A DNA stretch of 52,364 nucleotides from Octopus bimaculoides (taxonomy: Eukaryota), in the NCBI RefSeq assembly GCF_001194135.2, contig NC_068981.1, positions 165,028,246 to 165,080,609 of the forward strand. The letters run 5' to 3'. Positions 12,840 to 25,346 of the stretch are shown piece after piece. Both the position numbers and the translations under genes were made by a program. Under the pieces are notes generated by a model that was not told where the DNA came from, made no database searches, and saw only the letters and a list, made by a program, of their open reading frames with translations. The stretch's first letter is position 1; every line of letters starts with the position of its first letter.

Positions 12840-14325
12840 GCAGGCAGAATTATCAGAGCGTCTGAGAAAATTCTCCGTTGTATTTATTCTGACTCTTTGC
12901 GTTCTAAGATAAAATCCCGCTAAGGTTTATGTTGCCTTTGATCCTTTAGGATCGATAAAATACGTACTAGTGGATCAGCGGGGGCCGAGTAATCGACTAC
13001 CCCTCCCGCCTCCAGCAAAACTTCAAACTTTGTAGAAATAATAATATTAATAATTATTGAAAGACAGAATCGTTAGAGTGTAGAGAAAAATTACTTGTAG
13101 CATTCGTTTCAGTTCTTTACGTTCTGATTTTAAATCTTGCAGAGCTCAACATTGCCTAATATCCCTCTGGGGTCGATAAAATATTGTACTCGTCAAGGAC
13201 TGAGGTGGATGATATCAGCTAAATCCTTCCCTTCAAAAATTACAGGCCTTCCATCTAAATCAGAAACAATTGCAAACAGGATTGGCAGGAGTACTTAGGC
13301 ACCGGAAGTAATACTTCATAGAATTTCACTTTAATTTCTGAGTTTAAATAGCGTTGAGATCAACTTTGCCTTTTATCCTTTCGGGATCAACAACGTACAA
13401 GTCAGGTACTGGATTTGATAGTATCAACTAATGTCTACCCGCTTGGTGCCAAAATTTGAAACCATTATTATAATTATTATAATGTGGCAGTACTAAGGAC
13501 CGAACGCTGGAAGAATCATTAGCTCGCCGGATAAAAATTAGTGGCATTTTGTCCGTCTTTACACAGTTCAAATTGCGTCGATATTGACTTAGCTATTAAC
13601 TTTTTCGAGGTTGATAAATTAGGCACCAGTTGAGCATTTAGGTCAATGTAATCGACTATCCCCTCCACCCCACAGAATTCCAGGCCTCGTGCCTATGGCA
13701 GATTCGTTATCACACCGAATAGCTAGCTTAGCGGCATTTCTTTCTGTTCTTTACGGTCTGAGTTCAAACTCAGCTGAAGTCGACGTTACCTTTCAACGTT
13801 TCGGGGTCAATAAAATAAGCACCAGTCAATTACTTTGGTCGATGTATTAGATTTCTTCACTTTCCACAAAGTTGGCTTTGCGCCAAAATTAGAAATTTCT
13901 CAGAATCGTTTAAAAGGCTAGGGAGAAAATGGTTTGCTATATTTAGTTGTGGACTTTCACATTCTGATTTCAAGTACGGCCACGGTCGACTTTCCCTATC
14001 ATTTGCTCTAAAGTCGATATAATAAAGTAACAGGCTGTTGCTCTTCAATTTGATCGATTAATCCGGTCACCTCGAATATTTTTAATTTGTGCCTATGTGG
14101 CAAATCATTAAGGGTGGTGAATGAATACAATCGTCAGATGCCCAACAAAATAATTTGTGGTATCTTTCCCGGTTTTTTGTAATCCGCGTTCAAATCCAGC
14201 CGACATTGACTCTGCCTTTCATTTCTCCGAGCTCGTTAAATATAGAGTGTGTCAAGGCAATGAAATACACTATCTTCGGCTTCAAAATTGCTTGCCTTTT
14301 GCCTAAATTCGAAACAGTAATTAAT
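12840..14325 (+). mobile_element. Head-to-tail array of about seven decayed SINE-C copies
   Basis: Units of about 200 bp start near 12840, 13055, 13275, 13500, 13715, 13900 and 14111. Each has a degenerate cagaatcgttag, gagttcaaat and cctttcatcctttcggggtcgataaa, and ends in a gtgcct..agaaac..attatta-like tail. Confidence 0.8.
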
Positions 14326-14327
14326 TT

Positions 14328-14342
14328 TAGTAGTAGTAGTAA

Positions 14343-14394
<52 letters not shown>
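14328..14394. repeat. (TAG)n microsatellite closing the SINE array
   Basis: Direct reading. Confidence 0.97.
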
Positions 14395-14399
<5 letters not shown>

Positions 14400-14726
14400 A
14401 GGAATAACATTCTCAAAACATATGACCTTATATATTAATTAAGTTTCAGACATAGCCTCTCATTAGTGTACTTTTACGGTAGAAACCAGTTAAAAGGAAA
14501 AAAATAATAATAATTAATCTTCCCCACTCGGCCGAGTACATACACACCTGCAATTAAACTACAAGTGGGGAGAAACGAATTGAAACTTTAGTATTCAATG
14601 ATTATTTGATCCTAATTATGAAGATATTCAATCTTTCTAGAACCGTCTAGAATTTTCTTTTAATTAATGCAATTTAGAGCTTTTGAAATTCTTTTTCGTC
14701 TTCTCTTTCTGTTCACTTCATTTCAG

Positions 14727-14809
14727 AAATGATTTTAAAACTCCAGTATTGATTTCATCCGATTATGCACAGGAATCTGATATTTCAAAAGAAATAGAAT
14801 TGGGAATTT
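14727..14809 (+). CDS. Candidate internal coding exon of an unidentified host gene (NDFKTPVLISSDYAQESDISKEIELGI)
   Basis: Long pyrimidine tract plus tttcag acceptor, TTT/gtaagt donor, 83 nt, only one of three frames open. The peptide is not recognised. Confidence 0.45.
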
Positions 14810-15216
14810 GTAAGTGACATGGAAGTATAGTGCTAATAGCGTAAAGATGAAGTAAAACAGTTTCAACAGTAATTCCGAATTGCATCGTAAGCTTAGCCCC
14901 TCTCAGAGCCTGCGTTATACTCTTATAGCAATAATTAATTAATTAACGAATTAAGCAAAAGTTAATTTATCCTTTNNNNNNNNNNNNNNNNNNNNNNNNN
15001 NNNNNNNNNNNNNNNNNNNNNNNNNNNNNNNNNNNNNNNNNNNNNNNNNNNNNNNNNNNNNNNNNNNNNNNNNNNNNNNNNNNNNNNNNNNNNNNNNNNN
15101 NNNNNNNNNNNNNNNNNNNNNNNNNNNNNNNNNNNNNNNNNNNNNNNNNNNNNNNNNNNNNNNNNNNNNNNNNNNNNNNNNNNNNNNNNNNNNNNNNNNN
15201 NNNNNNNNNNNNNNNN

Positions 15217-15568
15217 ACTCCGTCGATTACGACGTCGAGGGTTCCAATTGATCCCATCAACGGAACAGCTTGCTCGTGAAATTAACATGCAAGTGGCTGA
15301 GCACTCCACAGACACGTGTACCCTTAACGTAGTTCTCGGGGAGATTCAGCGGGACACAGAGTGTGACAAGGCTGGCCCTTTGAAATACAGGTACAACAGA
15401 AACAGGAAGTAAGAGTGAGAGAAAGTTGTGGTGAAAGAGTACAGCATGGTTCGCCACCATCCCCTGCCTTTCGCTCAATAAACACTCACAACGCCCGGTC
15501 TGGGAATCGAAACCGCTATCCTACGACCGCGAGTCCGCTGCCTAACCACTGGGCAATTGCGCCTCCAC
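15217..15568 (-). mobile_element. SINE family B, near full length
   Basis: Minus strand reads ggaggcgcaattgcccagtggttaggcagcggactcgcgg..ggtttcgattccc (A/B-box-like tRNA head), then a CT-rich body and the tail ttaagggtacacgtgtctgtggagtgctcagccac..ggaaccctcgacgtcgtaa. Confidence 0.88.
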
Positions 15569-15909
15569 AACTGAGTCCATCCATATCTATATAAATAGGC
15601 ACCGCATGTGATTTTTGTTGTGGTTTAATTCTGAGTTTATATAGTTTGGTTGCTATTTCTAGCATCTCAAGAGACATAGGGCCACCTTCCGTTGGCTCGC
15701 TTTAAATATAGAATGTTATATGGATTTGTGTATCATGTTTACTAATTTTCTTTGTAACGTACCAGCTTGAGTGTACCCATACTCTTTTTTTTTTTAGTTA
15801 AGCAGATAAGAGATAAGTACCCCAATCCCTACCATTCTTTTTTTTTTGTTGTTGTTATGCTAGTGTGTTGTGAAAACCTCTTATATCATTTTTTTCGTGG
15901 CTTGTAGAA

Positions 15910-16300
15910 TAGAGCCTGCCGCATCAAGGAAACCAATGAGTGAACCGCTACGTAACCACTCGATCTGCTAAAACTGATAACCTACTGTCTTAAAAAACGT
16001 ACGAATACAATGGACAATATGAGCGCTTATGTCAACAATATGAATAACTAAATATATAAATAAATGAAAAGAGAATAGTCAGATTTGATATGCTTAGGAT
16101 CAGGATGGATCCGGGCCCAGACAACAACAGATATAAGAATTACTATAAGGAGTCATCGAGGATGCTTCTCTGTAATCGCTTGACCTTCTGGAAATAGCAA
16201 CCAAATATCCCTAAAATGACACTCTACTATCTCAAACAGAAAGATATTAGACATTAAATAATCTATCCCACGAAGCATTATTTTTGAAAAAACTCCACAT
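15910..16300 (+). mobile_element. Two old SINE-like family D copies
   Basis: Shared motif tcg(c/a)tcgacctgctagaaatagcagccaaat..ctactgtcttaaaaaa. Related decayed copies lie near 8575-8690, 31375-31590, 32340-32530 (-) and 47690-47890. Confidence 0.5.
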
Positions 16301-18602
16301 TGTGCCTATTTAATGTATTGTCCAGAGCATAGTCTTTACTGCGAGGGCTCAATACAAAAAAAACAGGGTACCGACAGATGACTCTCACAAGTAGATGAGG
16401 TAGATGAAATTTTCTCCTGACTCCGACATTACTAGCCTTGTAACAAAATTTGAAACCGATATCGCATGTGCTGGTTTAAAACGCTGGAATCTTACCCTTA
16501 AAATATACCATACCTAATGACCTCACTGCATCTTCGGCATGCACGCTATCAGCTTCTGGATCTCTTTTGCACGTCACTTTATTTTATCTTTTTATAATTT
16601 TTATTTCTATTTTAGATTTTTAATTATTTATTGTTTCAAGTCTGTCTTCATTGAATAGGCACATGATATATAATCAAAAGTGTTCCTGCTGTCATCATCC
16701 CTGCTCTTTTGTATATGAAGGGCTAAATTGTACAGTGTGTATTTTCTTTTTTCTGTAATATAGCATACATATGTGCTAATATGAATGTTACTTTAAGGTG
16801 GACCCTGCATAGAACAGTAATTCTCAACTAATACACTAACACATTACAAGGGGTATCTACCATATATTTAGAAATATAGACCTTTAGAAAATTCATATTA
16901 CTGTATGAGCGTCTTCAAAAATGTGCTATTCATAATTTTGTTACATGCAAAAATAATTAATAAACTAAAATAACCAAATCGTTTCCAATACATTTTTTGT
17001 AAATATTTTTTTCATTTTAAAACATTTCTTTCAAACTTTATACGACGTGCACCAGTAAATCGTTTTTATTTTAACTTCAGCATGCCACGAAATGTTAAAA
17101 AAGATTGGAAGCGATTGACGTAAAGCATTTCTCATTGATTTGCCAGTAGATTTTACGAGTGACAAAACCAGAGCCGGCCAAGGAGTTTGATCAGTACCCG
17201 ACAATTGCCGTTTCATGGAGGAATATATTAGATCAGCCCTAGATTCATTAGTGACGGTGAATGGAATATTCTGAGCTGGTCTGTGACATTTCCCAAAGGT
17301 CTAAGGAAACTTAAACAAGAAAAATCGTTGTAATAGGTAATCGAAACCGAATTTCTGTCTCGGCTTACTTGTGCTCCCCGCTATAAATCAGTTTTAATTT
17401 CCGTAGTTTGGCATAAGGTCCCAAATATATTTACTTGTATTTGTATGTATGTATGTGTGTGTGTAGGATCTGTAAGAGTACATGTGTATGTTAATTTGCG
17501 TACACATGTAATTCTGCAAATATAAATATATTTAAACATACGTAGGTTCATTAATAGTGCACAGAGTTTTACCACGCACACTCATCCACATAATGCGAAG
17601 GAAGAAGAGAGACAGAAAAATAGATGTATAAAAAGTGCAATGTGTATGCAAATATAGAATCACATCTATATAACGATATATACATTCAAACATAAACACA
17701 TTAGCTCATACAGACAAACGCATATAAGACAAAAAAGGAGGAAATAGGAAAAAAAAGACACACATAGAACGATAGATATATAAAAAGGCTACTATGAATA
17801 CATACATAGATTCACACTCATATTCAAGTACACGCTTGCACACATATAAGTATAAGTACATACAGTCGCATGAAAATCTCACGCCCGCGCACACACATAT
17901 AAACACGCGTTTGCATCTATACATACAGGAATGCACACACACACGCACGCTTACACACATACATTTTAGATAGATAGTGTTTAATTACTAAAATTCATGA
18001 ATATGGATTATATGTGAGTGAAATATTTCGATTGGAAATATTTGTTGAAAAGCAAAAGCAAAGCCATGCATTGGGAAGAAGAAAAGAATGCAACGCAACG
18101 TAAAACCGATGGAAAGCAATGTAAAGCTATGGAAAGAACGTCAACAGATCAACATACCGACATAAGATGGACGGATTGTTTGTGGTGTTCTTGTTAACAC
18201 CTAAGGTATTGAACACTAATCTTGTCTAATTGAGTTTATAGCATCGATACACGTTTCAAAGCTATACATGTGTGCATAAATGAATAACAAAGTGATAGCA
18301 GCCGTGTCAAATTAAGACAACAACGATTGCGCAGAGATTGGCAAAAACACTACTCTGCTTCAGCTGACACTATTTTAGTCCCTGTATGACATGAAGGATT
18401 TAACAGTAGTTGTCAGATCGTAGTTCCATTTTGCGTGATAGTAATCCCCTGCAGAGAGTTTGTTGTTGTGTGTAGACAAGTTTAAATAAGTTGAAATGAC
18501 GCAACGGTCAAACTATTCCAGTCTGATTATTAACAAACATCTTTCGATCATGACAAACAAACGTCATGTCACCCACAAATACATATATACGTATGTATGT
18601 GC

Positions 18603-18673
<71 letters not shown>

Positions 18674-18890
18674 TACACACATAATTCTANNNNNNNNNNN
18701 NNNNNNNNNNNNNNNNNNNNNNNNNNNNNNNNNNNNNNNNNNNNNNNNNNNNNNNNNNNNNNNNNNNNNNNNNNNNNNNNNNNNNNNNNNNNNNNNNNNN
18801 NNNNNNNNNNNNNNNNNNNNNNNNNNNNNNNNNNNNNNNNNNNNNNNNNNNNNNNNNNNNNNNNNNNNNNNNNNNNNNNNNNNNNNNNNN

Positions 18891-18951
<61 letters not shown>

Positions 18952-20510
18952 TATAGATATATGTACACTCACACATACATTACATACGTTAATCTCTAGA
19001 ATCTTCAGGCATTACACAAACACACACAAACACATGCAGACAAGCCATCGCGCGCGCGCGCGCACGACTCCTGCTGCTCTGGGGGTCTTCGTCACACACT
19101 AAGCCTGATGACACCAGTACCTTCAACTATGCAGTGTTGTGCACCACCCCCACCTACTGCTCCAACTACCTTATTGTCTCTGCTGTCTTATTCGGGGCGG
19201 ATGAAATGCACAACACATCATCAAGTGTTTACGAGTCAACCAAACTCTATTACAAAGATTAGAAGAGATATGAAAGTCGTGTTGAAATTTATTCCAGTTA
19301 GCCGTAAGCATCTGAAAGTTTAAGTATTTCCCCATATAAGAGAAGTATTTCAACTTCGGTTATATTTTGTAAAGTTCTACTTTACGATGCTTGGAAATTG
19401 AGGGTTGTTCTCTCTCTTTCTTTCTTCCTCCTTCTGTTTCCTCTCTTCCTTTCTCTTGTCTATTTATATACATATCTATGTTTTATCTATGTTGCGTTGA
19501 TCAATCACAATCACGCTTGCTTTCTCAGTTTTTCTAGAAATTTGAAGCAAATGTCGCTCAAATCCCACAGGTTCTAAATAATGAAAGAACACAATCGGTG
19601 ATAAAGAGACGGGTGCACTAAGTCTAAAAAAGAAACAGACGGGATAGTCACGGTTAGAACACTTTTGATCTTGTATTTTCTTTCTCAGTAATAACATCAA
19701 CACTGGTTTCGATCCTGTTCATGATCTAATGCAATGGTTCTTAGCATGCGCGAAACGCCTTTTTGGAGGCGTTTTGAGCTGACAAACAGAGCAGTAAACG
19801 TAAAAGATTAGGGCTGGAAGCACCAGGCGTTTAAAGGGATCGTGGTTTTTCTAAGATATAAATATTTCAATAAACGGATTTTTACAAATGCTAAACGCAT
19901 TTCAAACAAATATATTCCCCCAAAAATATATTATTATAAGAAAAATTCTCATAGGACATTGTGTTATCAGTGATCAAAAATACAAATAGCGACGTACTTT
20001 TATTCAACATAATTCTGTCATAGATATCCTCGCCTCTTTTAGTAATTTTTATACCAATTAAACATAAGAGGCACTATCTCAAACAGATATCTAAAAAGAG
20101 GCACAGGTGAGGTAGAATAATAAACTACTCCACAGACTAACGTTGTTTGATTAAAACAATCTCTTGCATTATTTATTTCACGGTTTATTTATGTATATGT
20201 ATACCTACATATTTTTAATGTGTTTATCTGCAAAATATGGGAGCTGGTGTTTGTAAGACGTCATTTCATAAAAGGCAGTACTCTGCTACAAAGGAACGGC
20301 GAGCATTGTTTTAATGCAATAGACATATTAGAAGCGTCCAATTTTTTTTCCATTTTACCTTTAAGATGAAATGTGTACCCAGCTGTACGTTATCCAAAGT
20401 ATCACTTCCGGGAGTTGACTTTGAGAAATATTTGCCTGTTGCTTCTGACAGGTTAAGTAACCGTAGAGAAAACCTCTTGGTATAGCTTGATGTTATCTGT
20501 TAATTAATAA

Positions 20511-21908
20511 TACAGGGTGCCCCACAAGAAACACAGGTAATTTTAGATTTACATTATGTATTTTACACATGCATTTTACCATGTATTTTACTGTATTTTA
20601 CTTTATCAATAAACTAAAAAAATTAACTAACACATAAATTTTCTATTTCCATTTTTTTTTTAATTCTAGGTTGCCACAGTTATCAAATTTTCAACGCGAG
20701 GTGTTTGTTCTCTTTTAAAAATAACATCCAGCTTGGGGACTGAAAAAATGCCAAGAAAATATGCCAGAATACTTTAGCTCGATAACTAAAAATCAATTTA
20801 CAGATGTTGTAGCTGTACTTAAAAGGGAAGGGTCACCTGTTGCTAAAGTTCGTAAATGTGGACCAGGCACAATCAAGAAAATTCATTCGCCTACCAAACA
20901 GGCTATGTTGGACCTTGATGTCACACCACCAAGACACAATAAAAGACATTCCAGTCAGCGTCAAATTTGTTGAGAACTACAGTTACCAGAAGGTACAATC
21001 TTTTGCATTCTTCAACAATCCAAATTAAAGTGCCATAGTAGAATTAAATGCAATTTATTTTCTTACTGAAGCACATCAAAAAGCACGTGAACAAAAATGT
21101 CAGGCAGTGATAAATCGTTTCGAAGAACACGGTAATCGTGGTTTTCCGATGAATCAAATATCAATCTTCATTCACCTTTGAACTCCCAAACTGATCGCAT
21201 TTATGGTGCTGTACAGGTTAAAACAAACATTTCTGAGAATGATCTCAAGGTGGAAATTGATAAACAACAGCCATCACTCATACGCTATGGTGCAGCTTCC
21301 AGGTAAGGTAAAGCAGAGTTGCGGTTTATTGAAGGAGATACTGTTGAGCAAGAACATTTTCCATTCGTACACAAGAGGGAATAAAAACAGTAAATCAGCT
21401 CATGTATAGAGATGAAATGTGCACCCAAATGTTCCACGACATAAACCAAGTAATGGGAGGAGATGAATGGACATGGTAACAAGATGGAGCAAAGGCCCAT
21501 ACAGTCAAGAACAGTTGTCTGGTTCAGAGCCAATACTCCTGGCTTCATTGAACCTAACGAATGGCCCTCAAAAGTCCAGATCTCAACATAATGGATTTTA
21601 CCGTGTGGGGTTTACTGTTACATCAACTTCAATTACAGAGGTGAGAGGTCGCAGACATACAATCCTTAAAAACTATATTGGTGGAAGCTTGGAACAATAT
21701 CTCGCTTGAAGCCATCGAAAAGGTGACTGGAGGTTGGTTACACCGTCTACGTCGTTGTGCAGCTGCTCACAAAAGGTATTTTGAACACCACTTCTAGCAT
21801 TTGTGTTTTTCTTCTGTTTTAACAATGTTTCTTTTAACAACTGTTTTCTGCTTGCTACAATTAAATAAACTGTACAAAATTTTCTGGTTTCTTGTAGGGC
21901 ACCTTGTA
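20511..21908 (+). mobile_element. Tc1/mariner-superfamily transposon, maT/DD37D-like, both TIRs present, transposase decayed
   Basis: The left end TAcagggtgccccacaagaaac is the inverted match of the right end gtttcttgtagggcaccttgTA. Motifs: WFSDE (21139-21153), QDGAKAHT (21480), EWPSK and SPDLNIMDFTVWG (21573), C-terminal IQSLKTILVEAWNNISLEAIEK. Multiple stops and frameshifts. Confidence 0.9.
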
Positions 21909-21909
21909 G

Positions 21910-22130
21910 TTTAAAACTTTAGCTCAGACCTTGCAAATTTAGAAGAAAGCAAGTCAATCACATGAACACAAGTACTCAGCTGGTACTTATTTTATCGATC
22001 TCGAAAGAATGAAAGGCAAAGTCGACTTCAGCGAAATTTTAACTCATTTTAACTATGCAAGTGGTCCCTGAACCAGAAGAAATACTGCCAAACATTTAGT
22101 CCCACGAGATAACGGTTTTGCAGGCTTGTC
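21910..22130 (-). mobile_element. SINE family C abutting the right TIR of the maT element
   Basis: ggtacttattttatcgatctcgaaagaatgaaaggcaaagtcgac is the reverse complement of the family core. Confidence 0.8.
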
Positions 22131-22645
22131 TTTCTTTGTTGATTATTAAAAAAATTATATTATAATATCCTCATACCAACAGATAATATTTTGGTATTTC
22201 AGTATTACTACGATTTCGAATAGACACACAAGCACACGCACATACGCGCGCGCACACACACACACACACATACATAATACATACATACATACATACATAC
22301 ATACATACCCACGTGCTGCTTCTGATTCAGATTTCAATTTTTTCTGTGGTATGAAATGTTGGGACATACCAACAGATGGTTCTTACGCCATTTTGCCCCT
22401 AGTCATAGACTGCGGATTTAGCTTGTATCGGTCCTCGTTCGGGTACGCGGTATTGACAAGTCACAACAATGACGAAACATCGATGTCCATTGCTCCTAAA
22501 TGGGACCTGGTGCGAGTTATCTTGCTTGTCTATGACTTCCAGGCGCTTTGACACCAGGCGCTTTGATGAGAATATATTCTCTTACACCTCTAAGCGCAGT
22601 CTACCCACGAACTAGCAAAACACATACCTGGTGTATGTGCTTTCG

Positions 22646-22690
<45 letters not shown>

Positions 22691-23432
22691 CTAAACTGAA
22701 CACTAACAGGCCAGTTTTACATACTTATACTATGATATCCGAACAACTTATCACTGAATTGACATAATCGGTAGAGCGACTAAAAGAATGTATTATGTCG
22801 TTTAGTTTTGTCCCTTTGATTGATTTTGTCTTTTAGCATTCCGGCATCAACTATATAAGTAATAACTATGTACAAAATCTTTTAAATCGAGTGTTCTCGC
22901 CTCAGACCGTGAAGAAATGGTTACTCAGATTTCTTGAATAAAGAACTTGTAAAGAAACGTACGAAGTTAGCCTGATTTTATGAAAGGAAGATAGCGGATA
23001 TGTATCGTCGTCATGAGAGATCCACCTGATGGAATCAAGTACTATACAAGTCATCTTTGACTTTAAGAAAAGAAAAGTGGACTATGGCTTTGTCCAGAAT
23101 GTGTGAATGCCTGAGTTTGCTTGATATTTATGTGTGCGCACGCGTGTGTGTAGGTCAATGTCGAGGACCAATCTTTGCATAGGGTAGTGTACAGAATACA
23201 AACCAAATATCTGAAACAATAATAAACACGCAAAAGTATGGTATTCAATGATTTATAGAACATTCATGCATTTCAGAAAAATGCAGTAATTGTTACATAG
23301 CAGCTGCAGAAACTTTGTGCGGTCTTTCTCTCACCTCATCAGTGTCATTGTAGAACATATATGCATGTTAGCATCTATGTTCTACAAAACATTGTATACG
23401 ATACTTGTTTTTGTTTTTTTTGTTAATGTGTT

Positions 23433-23436
<4 letters not shown>

Positions 23437-23476
<40 letters not shown>

Positions 23477-23507
23477 TGTGTGTGTGTGTGTGTGTACACC
23501 CGAATTT

Positions 23508-23538
<31 letters not shown>

Positions 23539-23560
23539 ATAAACAGACAGACAGACAGAC

Positions 23561-23625
<65 letters not shown>
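23437..23625. repeat. (GT)n followed by (GATA)n/(GACA)n microsatellites
   Basis: Direct reading. Confidence 0.97.
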
Positions 23626-24166
23626 CTATTACGTTTAAGTTTCTGATAGAGAAACTAAAGGCAACAGATTAATGAACTTAAAACCAGATAGACATACTAA
23701 TGTGTAAATAATAGAAGGCTATGACCTTATGATTGTAGGCTAGAGATAAAAAATTACAAGTCCCTTTAGATTATACAGACTGATTATGTTTGATATTGTG
23801 AATAAAGTGTAATACTTTACTGGATAGTTTGTCAAGTTGTTGATACAGGTTCTAAACAAGCTGAGGAAATAAGTACATGTCAGAGGGATTAAGAAATATA
23901 TAATTTTTATAATCAAATTAGTGCCAATTAAATTTTTAGAGGTATTAATTTTCGATACCAGTTTTAGAAATAGAGGTCGTCGTCGATGTTGTGGAGGTGA
24001 AGCTGATGGTGGTGGTGGTGTTTTTTTTTCTTTGTTCAGGTTAACCTTACTCGAAGCAAACCGATTATATCAAAGACATTCTTTCTGCGTCTACACCGTC
24101 TTTTGGAAGTGCATCTAGGATTAAAGTATCTAATGTATTCCTTTTTTAATTTCACATAGTTTTGCC

Positions 24167-24221
<55 letters not shown>

Positions 24222-24629
24222 ACTTTGCTGCTATTTCTTTTCGATAACATGTGAAAGTCGTGGGCATTATTACTTCCTTCAGACCCAACAGTAAATAAGG
24301 ACGAACGAAAGATGTTGAATAACCATCTAGAGTTTCATGGAGAGAGGAAAGAGAGCAGACTGGGTAATCCATGAAAAGAAATATCTTTCAGTCTTTAGTT
24401 ACGTCTTGATATGTACTGATTTCCAGTTTGACTGTTGTCGATTTAACTCACTTTTGAATACCCCAATTTTTTCTATAGTTTTTGTATATGAAATAGAATA
24501 TAACATAAAATAGAATATCCACCATTAGTTGAATTCAAATCATGAAAATGTTACATAAACTTGTTATTTCAAACACCTCCGTACGTAATTTTACAAGCAA
24601 GAGAATATCCCAAGAATACTGCAGGGACG

Positions 24630-24830
24630 TGGCTGAAGTCTATGAAATGGGAGAACGTCCAACGAAGTTGGCCGTTGAAGTTAAAAATATAGTTTGTGAA
24701 AGGGTGTAATATGATATCTGAGGTCAGCGACCCGGGTGAGATAGGAGTCTGCTAGACTGGTTCTTAGGTAGGCTGGAGTAGCGTGTAGGTGATATTTTAT
24801 TATAGTAGGCTTAGAGAGTTGGGTAGCAGG
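24630..24830 (-). mobile_element. Possible Penelope-like RT remnant
   Basis: Minus frame SDIILHPFTNYIFNFNGQL resembles the PLE RT segment L..N.F.FNG. Everything else is decayed. Confidence 0.3.
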
Positions 24831-25168
24831 GAGAGGACCTAAGATAAATTAAGGGTCAGGAATAAAGAAAGAATAAGGAAAGCAAAAAAGTGAAGAAAAA
24901 TAAAGGCATACTAGCCATTTAGGCACAAGGCTGGGGTTTAAGATTCGCTAGCTAAGGCTAAAGGACAAACGAAGAAGGGCAAAGATATACAGAATTAAGG
25001 GACATTCTGTGGATATAGGTTGAAAGTTGGAGAGGGTACGAAGGCAATCGAATAATAAGATGTAACTTTTAAGGAATTGTAGTGTTAAGCGCGAATGATC
25101 TATCTGGTAAAGTAGAAACATGTAGCGTGTTGTTTTAGATACGATAGATAGATACAGATATATGTATG

Positions 25169-25204
<36 letters not shown>

Positions 25205-25207
<3 letters not shown>

Positions 25208-25346
25208 CTTTTATTCTTTTACTTGTTTCAGTCATTTGACTGCGGCCATGTTGGAGAACCGCCTTTAGTCGAACAAATCAACCCCAAGGCTTATTCTTCG
25301 TAAGCTTAGTACTTATTCTATCGGTGTCTTTTGCCGAACCGTTAAC
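25205..25346 (-). mobile_element. SINE family A, 3' part
   Basis: ttttacttgtttcagtcatttgactgcggccatg..ttgccgaaccg is the reverse complement of the 3' end of the 8733 copy. Confidence 0.9.

Noticed and set aside
12840-14325. CRISPR-like array
   Set aside because: The units are whole SINE copies with no short identical repeat and unique spacers, there are no cas genes, and the context is eukaryotic. The 22-bp array at 26812 also has no spacers.
15490-15568. tRNA gene (also the heads at 9104, 37069 and 51845)
   Set aside because: The A/B-box-like heads continue into SINE bodies and I could not fold a full cloverleaf.
22539-22566. 13-bp direct repeat ccaggcgctttga x2
   Set aside because: Only 2 bp apart, so it is a simple local duplication rather than a TSD around an element.
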